Positions 27,871-35,616 of a stretch of DNA of 35,882 nt are shown piece after piece. The notes beneath the pieces were generated by a model that had not been told where the DNA came from, made no database searches, and was given only the letters and a program-made list of their open reading frames with translations. Position numbers and translations under genes: made by a program. This stretch comes from a virus (taxonomy: Duplodnaviria; Caudoviricetes): positions 1 to 35,882 of the IMG/VR virus record IMGVR_UViG_3300011334_000183. One strand, 5' to 3'. The stretch's first letter is position 1, and each line of letters starts with the position of its first letter.

Positions 27871-28824
27871 ATGGCTTTAGATTTAACTGGTTTAACCAAT
27901 TATGTAAAAGAGAACGAAGCACAATTAGCTACTTCTCTTGTATTCAAACCCAAAACTGCTATGCTTATTGAGGCAGCTGGTAACGTTCAAGTAGGTGTAA
28001 AATCTTCAGAGAAAATCAACCTTATGGAAACTGATGCAGTTTTCCAAGTTGGTGGAACTTGTGGATTTAGCTCAAGTGGTACAACTACTTTTTCACAACG
28101 TACTCTTACCCCTGGTAAGATTAAAGTAAACGAGAGCATTTGCCCTAAATCATTCGAGGCAAAATACACTCAAAAAGCACTTCGTGCTGGTTCTACTTAT
28201 GACTATATGCCTTTCGCTGATGAATTTTCTGCAAAGAAAATTGATGTTATTGGTGCTGCATTAGAAACTGCTTTATGGCAAGGTGATACCACTTCGGGTA
28301 ACGCTAACTTAAACAAATTCGATGGTTTGATTAAATTAATCGCTCCAAGTGGTGTTTTAGTTTCCGGTGTTGTTGATGGTAACCCAACCAATATTCTTGT
28401 TGCAACTGGTATCACTGCTGGTAACGTGATCGGTATCGTTGATGGTATGTACCAATTAATCCCTACTTCTATCATTGATAATGGCGATGTATTTATCGCT
28501 TGTGGTATGGATACTTTCCGTAAGTACACCGTAGCATTGAAAAACTTAAACTTATTTAACTATGCAGCCGAAGCATCTGATTTTGAAATCATTATCGCTG
28601 GTACTAATGTTAAATTGATTGGTTTGAATGGCTTGAACGGAACTAACAAATTAGTTGCTTCTCGTTGGTCTAACATCTATCTTGGTGTAGATTTGTTGAA
28701 CGAAGAAGAAAGATTTGAATTATTCTATGCAAAAGAGGCTGACGAAATGCGTTTCGTTGCTGAATTCAAAATGGGAGTAAACTATGCGTTCCCAACTGAA
28801 ATCGTTTATTTCGCATTGAAATAA
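27871..28824 (+). CDS. Major capsid protein
   Basis: 317 aa after the scaffold; CGFSSSGTTTFSQRTL...WQGDT...FDGLIK; followed by a terminator. Confidence 0.85.
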   Translation: MALDLTGLTNYVKENEAQLATSLVFKPKTAMLIEAAGNVQVGVKSSEKINLMETDAVFQVGGTCGFSSSGTTTFSQRTLTPGKIKVNESICPKSFEAKYTQKALRAGSTYDYMPFADEFSAKKIDVIGAALETALWQGDTTSGNANLNKFDGLIKLIAPSGVLVSGVVDGNPTNILVATGITAGNVIGIVDGMYQLIPTSIIDNGDVFIACGMDTFRKYTVALKNLNLFNYAAEASDFEIIIAGTNVKLIGLNGLNGTNKLVASRWSNIYLGVDLLNEEERFELFYAKEADEMRFVAEFKMGVNYAFPTEIVYFALK

Positions 28825-28846
28825 TAGTTAATCAATTTTTAAACAC

Positions 28847-28881
28847 AAAAGGGTGGGTGGTAAATCTGCCTACCCTTTTTT
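28847..28881 (+). terminator. Rho-independent terminator after the major capsid gene
   Basis: AAAAGGGTGGGTGG-TAAAT-CTGCCTACCCTTTT followed by a T-run. Confidence 0.8.
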
Positions 28882-28895
28882 AATTCAAAGAAAAT

Positions 28896-29408
28896 ATGCC
28901 TTGTGTTTTAACTCAATCACTACCCCTCGATTGCCGCGATAGTATCGGAGGGTTAAAGTCGGTTATGTTTATCGAATTCGCTAACGTAACTGCAATTACT
29001 GCTGCTGCTGGTGTTGTTACTGCAATAACCAAAGCAGCCGGTAAAAAGTTTTATAAATATGATTTAGCAAAGGAAACTTCACAATTTACTGAAACCTTTA
29101 CTTCTTCAGTTGCCAATGGTACATTCTTCTATGCTCAAGAATTAAGTATTGTTTTGAATAAGTTACAAACTAATGTAAGAAACGAAATCTTATTATTGGC
29201 TCAAAACAACTTACTTGCTATTGCAGAAGATAAGAATGGTTCTTATTGGTTATTAGGTCGCTTGAATGGTTTGGATGTTACCGGTGGAACTGCTTCATCG
29301 GGAACTGCAAACGGAGATAGAAGTGGTTATACAATCACTTTGACTGCTCAAGAAAAAGAATTGGCTATTTCAGTTAATAGTGGCATCATTGCCGCATTAT
29401 TGGCTTAA
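28896..29408 (+). CDS. Major tail tube protein
   Basis: MPC.L...DCRDSIGG...NGTFFYAQEL...GDRSGYTITLTAQE pattern. Confidence 0.75.
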   Translation: MPCVLTQSLPLDCRDSIGGLKSVMFIEFANVTAITAAAGVVTAITKAAGKKFYKYDLAKETSQFTETFTSSVANGTFFYAQELSIVLNKLQTNVRNEILLLAQNNLLAIAEDKNGSYWLLGRLNGLDVTGGTASSGTANGDRSGYTITLTAQEKELAISVNSGIIAALLA

Positions 29409-29421
29409 TCAATTTTGCTTC

Positions 29422-29465
29422 AAAAAGAAAAGGGAGGTTGCTTAATTGCTTCCTCCCTTATTTGT
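29422..29465. terminator. Bidirectional terminator between convergent genes
   Basis: AGGGAGG...CCTCCCT hairpin flanked by an A-rich run on the left and a T-rich run on the right. Confidence 0.75.
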
Positions 29466-29756
29466 TTATAGTCGCTCTAACGGACTTTCATAGTAGGCTT
29501 CGTTTTGGTCGTGTCCACATCCACCATCGTCGTATGCATCTATAAATTTTTTTTCCTTTTCTACTTCTATTGCGTATTCTTCTTCTTCAATAAAAGAATT
29601 TAGTAATTGCTTTGTGTATTTTATTGTACCGATTGAATATCCGTAACAATAAGCATGTCCTTCCAATTTTGTATCTAATAAATTTTCAGTATAATTTTGC
29701 GATGCTTCTAAAATTTTAAATAATGATTTTAGTTGTTCTAATTGTGATTGGTCCAT
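29466..29756 (-). CDS. Hypothetical acidic protein (reverse-strand island)
   Basis: 96-aa ORF with an AAAACT-ATG leader; no + strand gene occupies this interval. Confidence 0.75.
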   Translation of the reverse strand: MDQSQLEQLKSLFKILEASQNYTENLLDTKLEGHAYCYGYSIGTIKYTKQLLNSFIEEEEYAIEVEKEKKFIDAYDDGGCGHDQNEAYYESPLERL

Positions 29757-29760
29757 AGTT

Positions 29761-29877
29761 TTACTTTTTATTGGTTTCTACTTTGTTGATTTTTGCATTT
29801 ACATAGTCACAAAGACCGGCGAATGCGATAAGTCCGATAAACGGAATGGCTAAAAAGATTGCAATTTCTAATGTCAT
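29761..29877 (-). CDS. Small single-TM membrane peptide (38 aa), not in ORF track
   Basis: MTLEIAIFLAIPFIGLIAFAGLCDYVNAKINKVETNKK with an AAAAATT-ATG leader. Confidence 0.7.
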   Translation of the reverse strand: MTLEIAIFLAIPFIGLIAFAGLCDYVNAKINKVETNKK

Positions 29878-29983
29878 AATTTTTGTTTTTAAGTTTGTTT
29901 TTTTTGTATAATCAAATTTCTAAATAATTATCGGAATAAAAAAACTTTTTTTTCATTTATTTTTTGATACTGAAAATCAGCAA
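29878..29983 (-). promoter_or_regulatory. Putative early promoter P2 (homologous to P1)
   Basis: The reverse complement contains TTGCTGATTTTCAGTA and TTTTTTATTC-N6-TTATTTAGAAATTTGATT. Confidence 0.6.
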
Positions 29984-30063
29984 CTTGCAACACTTGTTCA
30001 ACAAAATTGAACACTTGTTCAACACTTGTCAACAAAATAAAAGAAAATAAAAGAAAATAAATA
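29974..30063 (+). repeat. Second origin-like iteron array (ori2): AACACTTGTT(C) repeats plus A-tracts
   Basis: Gapless alignment to 10091-10180; 73/90 identical by hand count. Confidence 0.85.
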
Positions 30064-30090
30064 AATAGAGTTGTTTGTGTTTTTGGTTTT

Positions 30091-30099
30091 TTATATTTA
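30091..30099 (+). promoter_or_regulatory. Putative late promoter box TTATATTTA, 5 nt before ATG
   Basis: Upstream of the ATG at 30105, heading the tail-fibre/portal operon. Confidence 0.6.
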
Positions 30100-30104
30100 T
30101 TAGT

Positions 30105-30461
30105 ATGATACTTTTGACGAAAGGAACGATAGCCGATGTGGTTGTTCACGTTGATATAACGAAACCGGCTAATACACAATACTTATTTGATTTTGTCAAT
30201 GACATTACAAACGAGCTGGTACAAGTTGGCGTGGTTGATAGCAGTTTATACGGAGATAGATACAATCGTTTTCAGATTGCAGTAAATACTTATTTTAATA
30301 ATAAAGAAAATGGTTATTGGAGTTATAAGTTGAATGCTTATAATGGTGCTACAAACACATATACACTATTGACTTACGGAAAGATGAAGCTGGTAGGACA
30401 ACCTTTTGACTTTACCGAATACAATGGACAAGATGATGAATTTATTACATACAATATTTAA
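30105..30461 (+). CDS. Hypothetical beta-rich virion protein
   Basis: ATG at 30105 (MILLTKG...) preferred over TTG at 30075; TAATG-coupled to the tail fibre gene. Confidence 0.7.
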   Translation: MILLTKGTIADVVVHVDITKPANTQYLFDFVNDITNELVQVGVVDSSLYGDRYNRFQIAVNTYFNNKENGYWSYKLNAYNGATNTYTLLTYGKMKLVGQPFDFTEYNGQDDEFITYNI

Positions 30462-32740
30462 TGGGAACTACACTAACTGGAAAAATCGTAGCAGAAACCT
30501 ACGATAGTTTATTAAAGGTAACTGATAATAATACTATTACTGGTACTAAAAAACGTATTACCGATGGTTTTGGTAACGATACGCCATTATTATTGTCTTC
30601 TACCGATGTACAAATTGATGGTAATTTTTTATTACCAGGTACTACTGCACAATATGTTCGTGGAGATGGCTCTGTTGCTACATTCCCAACATTTTTATCT
30701 GCTGATAAATTAATTACCGAAGTATATAATAATAGTGGTGCTACATTAACTAAAGGAACTATTGTATATATCAATGGAACGCAAGGTAATTTACCTACGA
30801 TAGCTAAAGCATTAGCTACTGGAGATAGTACATCAGCACAAACATTTGGTTTTGTTCAAACTGATATTACAAACATGAACAATGGTTATGTTATTGTAGC
30901 TGGTAAATTAACCGATTTAGATACAAGTGCATATTCTGGTGGTACTCAATTATATTTATCGCCAACAACTGCTGGAACTTATACATCTACAAAACAATAC
31001 GCACCAAATCATTTAGTTTATGTTGGTATCGTTGTTAGGGCGCACCCTACACAAGGTAGTATCGAAGTGAAAATCCAAAATGGATATGAGTTAGATGAAT
31101 TACACGATGTTATTGCACAAACACCAAGCAATAACGATGGTATTTTCTATAATAGTACAAGCACTAAATGGGAAAATAAATCCGTTGCAACTGCATTAGG
31201 TTATACACCTTTGAGTGGAACTGGAACTACAAACTATGTTCCTAAATTTAGTGGTTCTACTGCACTTGGTAATAGCCAAATATTTGATAATGCAACTAAT
31301 GTTGGTATTGGAACAACAAGTCCAAGTGCCATATTAGATATTTATAGAGCAGCTTCATTAGAAAGCTCATTACAATTATCTTCTGGTACTGATTACGCAA
31401 GGTTATTTTTTAGAGATACCGATGATAACTTTGGTATGTTTATCAATGGATTGACAAGATGGAGATTTATTGGTGCTTCTGGTGGTTGTGCTTTATTAGA
31501 AAATGGTAATGGTAATGTCGCTATTGGAACAACTATTGCAACTGCAACAACTAAACTATGGGTTAATGGTACTGGTTATTTTAATGATAGTGTAGGTATT
31601 GGTACTTCAACTTTAACTGGATATAATTTAAGGATAGCAAAAACACTTACTGGTTCTGCAAGTCCTATTGGAATATTAATTGATAGTGTTATTCAATCTG
31701 ATGCTACTTCAACTACTGCTTATTTCAGAAGTACATCAAGTACAGCAGCAGCTTCATTTACAACTACAAACTTAAATCATTATCAAGCATCACAAGGAAC
31801 ATTTGGTGCTGGTAGTGTTGTAACAAATCAAAATGGTTTTCTTGCAGCGTCTACATTAATAGGTGCAACTAATAACTTTGGATTTAGAGGAAATATTCCA
31901 AGTGGTACTGGTCGTTGGAACTTATATATGGATGGTACTGCCAATAATTATCTTAATGGTAACTTGGGTATAGGAACTACAAATCCTTTATATAAATTAG
32001 ATGTATCTGTTTCAGCTACTGGGACTGCAATTCACGCAACAGACAATACAAATGCAGATTTATTTGTTGACTTTCCTTCTTCTGGAATTAGTAGGTTTAC
32101 CTCGCAATTTGGAACTGGTGGAATATTTGTATTTGCAAATGGAACTGCAAAAACAGAACGTATGCGTATTGACGCAAGTGGTAACGTAGGTATAGGAACA
32201 AGTAGTCCTGGTGGATTATTAGATATAAACTCAAGTACTGGTAACGATAGATTATTACTTTCTTATAGTGGTTCTGTAAAAGCTGCATTTGGTGTAACTA
32301 CTGCTGGTGTTGCTTATATGTATCATCATACATCTGCTACATTCCCAATGTGGATTAGTGCAACTGGAAATTTTGGTATCGGGACTACAAGTCCTACTGC
32401 TAAACTTGATGTAGTTGGAGGTATAAACTACCAAAATCAATTTAATCGTCAAACTGCATCTTATACACTTGTTTTAGCTGATGCAAGTAAAATTGTTGAA
32501 ACAAACGTAGCTACTGCCAACAATTTAACTATACCTTTGAATAGTAGTGTTGCATTTCCAATAGGAACAGAAATACAAGTATTACAATATGGTGCTGGTC
32601 AAACTACAATCGTAGCGACAAGTGGTGTAACAACAAGAAGTAAATCGGGACAATTAAAAATAGCTAATCAATATACTGGTGTAACTCTTGTAAAAGTAGG
32701 AACTGACGAATGGTATGTAATTGGTAACTTAACTGCATAA
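30461..32740 (+). CDS. Tail fibre / receptor-binding protein
   Basis: Thr/Gly/Ser-rich with about six (G)NVGIGT repeats and a C-terminal YTLVLAD...FPIGTEI...Q.GAGQ...DEWYVIG domain. Confidence 0.85.
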   Translation: MGTTLTGKIVAETYDSLLKVTDNNTITGTKKRITDGFGNDTPLLLSSTDVQIDGNFLLPGTTAQYVRGDGSVATFPTFLSADKLITEVYNNSGATLTKGTIVYINGTQGNLPTIAKALATGDSTSAQTFGFVQTDITNMNNGYVIVAGKLTDLDTSAYSGGTQLYLSPTTAGTYTSTKQYAPNHLVYVGIVVRAHPTQGSIEVKIQNGYELDELHDVIAQTPSNNDGIFYNSTSTKWENKSVATALGYTPLSGTGTTNYVPKFSGSTALGNSQIFDNATNVGIGTTSPSAILDIYRAASLESSLQLSSGTDYARLFFRDTDDNFGMFINGLTRWRFIGASGGCALLENGNGNVAIGTTIATATTKLWVNGTGYFNDSVGIGTSTLTGYNLRIAKTLTGSASPIGILIDSVIQSDATSTTAYFRSTSSTAAASFTTTNLNHYQASQGTFGAGSVVTNQNGFLAASTLIGATNNFGFRGNIPSGTGRWNLYMDGTANNYLNGNLGIGTTNPLYKLDVSVSATGTAIHATDNTNADLFVDFPSSGISRFTSQFGTGGIFVFANGTAKTERMRIDASGNVGIGTSSPGGLLDINSSTGNDRLLLSYSGSVKAAFGVTTAGVAYMYHHTSATFPMWISATGNFGIGTTSPTAKLDVVGGINYQNQFNRQTASYTLVLADASKIVETNVATANNLTIPLNSSVAFPIGTEIQVLQYGAGQTTIVATSGVTTRSKSGQLKIANQYTGVTLVKVGTDEWYVIGNLTA

Positions 32741-33063
32741 TGGGACATTTATTATCTTCAGCAATTAAAATGCAAGGTAGTACTGCTACTGCAACATTAG
32801 TATTACAATTAATAGATGCAACATCTATGAGTTGGACTAAAAATGGTGTATCACAAGGTTCAATTACTGGTACGCAAACTTTTACAATAAACGCTGGAGA
32901 TACATTTTTTGTTACTGCTACATTTGCATTTGGTGTTAGTATTAATTATTTACTTAATGGTACATTGGTTACAATATATACTGGTAATCCTACTGCTACA
33001 AGTGCTACTTTTACTGCATCAGCTGGAAATACATATAGATTTGAAGCATATAGTGGAGTTTAA
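32740..33063 (+). CDS. Small beta-rich tail-fibre-associated protein
   Basis: 107 aa, Thr-rich, TAATG-coupled to the fibre gene. Confidence 0.6.
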   Translation: MGHLLSSAIKMQGSTATATLVLQLIDATSMSWTKNGVSQGSITGTQTFTINAGDTFFVTATFAFGVSINYLLNGTLVTIYTGNPTATSATFTASAGNTYRFEAYSGV

Positions 33064-33084
33064 TAAATTAAATTAAAAATAGAT

Positions 33085-33399
33085 ATGGAATATAATTGGA
33101 TTGTAAATGCTATGGAAGTTAAACTTTCAGAAGGCGAAATGAAAGATGTAGTAACTCATGTTCATTGGAGAAGAACTGCAATAGACGGAGAATTTAGTGC
33201 AGAAAGTTATGGCACTTGTTCGGTAGGAAGTCCTACACCAGAAGAATTTGTTAGCTATGAGGATTTAACTAAAGAAGAAGTTGAAAGCTGGTTAGAAGCA
33301 AGTTTAGATGTAGCAGAGATTGATGCTAATTTAGATGCTCAAATTGAGTTAAAGAAAAATCCAGTAGACGCTACTTTACCACCACCATTTGAAAATTAA
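33085..33399 (+). CDS. Conserved fibre-associated protein (possible fibre chaperone)
   Basis: VVTHVHWR...FVSYEDLTKEEVESWL...DAQIE...PPF pattern, recalled as common next to phage fibre genes. Confidence 0.65.
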   Translation: MEYNWIVNAMEVKLSEGEMKDVVTHVHWRRTAIDGEFSAESYGTCSVGSPTPEEFVSYEDLTKEEVESWLEASLDVAEIDANLDAQIELKKNPVDATLPPPFEN

Positions 33400-33682
33400 A
33401 GTATTAGAAACGGAATTAAAAGTAGGAAGTTTAAAACGAGTAATTTCGTCAATAAACATTTTACCATTCAGATATGAATTATTTTGTGATGGCATTTACA
33501 TTACTTGCCAACTATGTGATGAAAATAATTGTATTTGTTTAGAAGAAATTATATTTATAGATAAGAACAAGTTAGAAAAGTGGGGTATTGATGACAATTA
33601 CCTTGTTCAAGAATTGATAATACGATTAGGATTGCAAGAATATAGCAATAAGAAGCAAGGCAATAAGGACATAAGTAAATGA
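33389..33682 (+). CDS. Hypothetical protein (TTG start)
   Basis: Fills the gap to the portal with an ATGA overlap; WGIDDNYL motif. Confidence 0.55.
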   Translation: MKIKVLETELKVGSLKRVISSINILPFRYELFCDGIYITCQLCDENNCICLEEIIFIDKNKLEKWGIDDNYLVQELIIRLGLQEYSNKKQGNKDISK

Positions 33683-35616
33683 AAGATTTAATAACAATCA
33701 ACTTTAGCGAATATTCACAACCGAAATTTGTTGAAAAGAAAAATCAAGAGTGGGTATCTTATGGCGAGGATAACAAATATCCAAGTCATTTGCTTTCGCT
33801 ATTAAACACATCTGCTAAACACAATGCTATTGTCAATGGCAAAGCTAACTTTATTGCTGGTAAGGGTATTGTATTTGAAGACGATGCTAAACAATATTTA
33901 GCAGAACAATCAATCAATCGTAGTGGAGAAACCATAAACGATATTTTAGAGAAGGTTGCACTTGATATTGAAACTTTTGGTGGTTGCTATTTAGAAGTTA
34001 TATACAATCCTTTCGGAACTGCTACTTCACTTTACCATATCGACTATTCTAAAGTACGTTCAAATTGTGATAATACTTACTTCTATATATCTGAACAATG
34101 GGATTTAAAAAATAAACCCGATGACATTGAAGGTATTGCTGCTTTTGACGAAAATAACAAGAGTGGTAAACAAATTATTTACATCAAAGAATACAGACCA
34201 GGTGTAAACACATATACATTGCCAACATATCAAGGCGCAATGAACTACATCGAGTTAGATGTTGCAGTTAGTGAGTTCCATTTGAACGCTATTCACAATG
34301 GCATGATGCCATCTAAATTGATTTCATTCAATAATGGTGTTCCAACTGAAGACGAACAACGAGTTATTGAACGTAAAATGAAGGAGAAGTTTGCTGGAGA
34401 AGCAAATGCTGGTAAATTCATTATCAACTTCAACAATGACCCAGCGAAAGCACCAACTATTCTTGACCTTTCGGCTTCTGATTTAGACAAACAATTCGAT
34501 TTGCTAAATAAGACCATACAACAAGAGATTTTTTCTGGACATCGTATTACATCAGCTTCACTATTTGGTATCAGTACAGAGGGTGCTTTGGGTGCGAGAA
34601 ATGAAATGCGTACTGCTTATGAGATATTCCAAAATACTTATGTAAATGGTAAGCAACAATTCATCGAAAGATGGTTTGGTTATATCTTACCTTTATTCGG
34701 TATCAACGATGAATTTCACATTCAACCAACCGAACCATTAGGATTTGAATTTAGCGAAGCAATCATTGCTGCTAATATGACCCAAGATGAAATTCGTGAG
34801 AAACTTGGTTTACCAGCACTTGTTGATTTAAGTTTAAAACAAGATGTTGTAAATTCAATTAAATCTTTACCACAAGATATTGCAGCAAAAGTTATAGAGA
34901 ATATGACTGCTGAAGAATTGCGTAGTTTAGTTGGATTAGATGCTTTAGTGCAACCAGTACAACAAAGAGAACAATTTAGTGCAGAAGACGATGAAGTTGC
35001 ATTGTCAGTATTTGCAGAATTTGGAGAAGATGCTTCACAATATCAAGTTATCAAATCAAGAAAGGTGCAATTTAGTGATGACTTTGAACCATTGGCACAC
35101 GAAGAATTTGCAACTATTGAGATATTAATTACCGAAGCACAGAGTGGTATCATGGCTTTAATTCAAAAAGACCCATTGATTAGCGTTGATGGATTGTCTA
35201 AAGCATTGAAGTTAGACCAGCAAGTTATCGTTGCTTCATTAGCATCACTTGAGAGCAATGGTTTTATTACTCGTAACGAGATAACAAAGAACGATGCAGT
35301 AGTTATATCAAGAGAAGTAACTGAAGCTGGTAAAGCACAACGTGGTGCAGTTAAGCCATTAGCTAATATCAGCGTGAAATATAAGTATGAAGTAACTCCT
35401 GGTTTGGGTGCGCCAAAAATTGCAACTACAAGACCATTTTGTGAAGGACTTATTGATATGAATAAAGTTTATAGTCGTGCCGAAATTGAACAAGTAAGCC
35501 AGAGATTAGGTTATTCGGTATGGCAACGTAGGGGTGGATTTTATTATAATCCAAGAACAAAAGTTACAACACCTTATTGCAGACATCGTTGGGTTGAACA
35601 AGTATTAATTAAATAA
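33679..35616 (+). CDS. Portal protein, full length (variant B), with wHTH and Cys/His C-terminal extensions
   Basis: WVSYGEDNKYP...SAKHNAIV N-terminus and portal core motifs; 645 aa. Confidence 0.85.
   Translation: MKDLITINFSEYSQPKFVEKKNQEWVSYGEDNKYPSHLLSLLNTSAKHNAIVNGKANFIAGKGIVFEDDAKQYLAEQSINRSGETINDILEKVALDIETFGGCYLEVIYNPFGTATSLYHIDYSKVRSNCDNTYFYISEQWDLKNKPDDIEGIAAFDENNKSGKQIIYIKEYRPGVNTYTLPTYQGAMNYIELDVAVSEFHLNAIHNGMMPSKLISFNNGVPTEDEQRVIERKMKEKFAGEANAGKFIINFNNDPAKAPTILDLSASDLDKQFDLLNKTIQQEIFSGHRITSASLFGISTEGALGARNEMRTAYEIFQNTYVNGKQQFIERWFGYILPLFGINDEFHIQPTEPLGFEFSEAIIAANMTQDEIREKLGLPALVDLSLKQDVVNSIKSLPQDIAAKVIENMTAEELRSLVGLDALVQPVQQREQFSAEDDEVALSVFAEFGEDASQYQVIKSRKVQFSDDFEPLAHEEFATIEILITEAQSGIMALIQKDPLISVDGLSKALKLDQQVIVASLASLESNGFITRNEITKNDAVVISREVTEAGKAQRGAVKPLANISVKYKYEVTPGLGAPKIATTRPFCEGLIDMNKVYSRAEIEQVSQRLGYSVWQRRGGFYYNPRTKVTTPYCRHRWVEQVLIK

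Noticed and set aside
29928-30179. Minus-strand 83-aa ORF containing LTSVEQV, similar to the initiator linker
   Set aside because: The similarity is a by-product of the palindromic iterons read on the other strand. The ORF overlaps promoters and a + strand gene.
31290-32410. Diversity-generating retroelement or CRISPR-like repeats in the tail fibre
   Set aside because: The repeats are protein-level NVGIGT motifs. No reverse transcriptase, template/variable repeat pair or repeat-spacer array was seen.
324-34517. Numerous minus-strand and nested short ORFs in the six-frame track (e.g. 1349-1690, 14921-15295, 27325-27813, 28203-28529)
   Set aside because: They are shadows of well-supported + strand genes, with no leaders or recognisable motifs.
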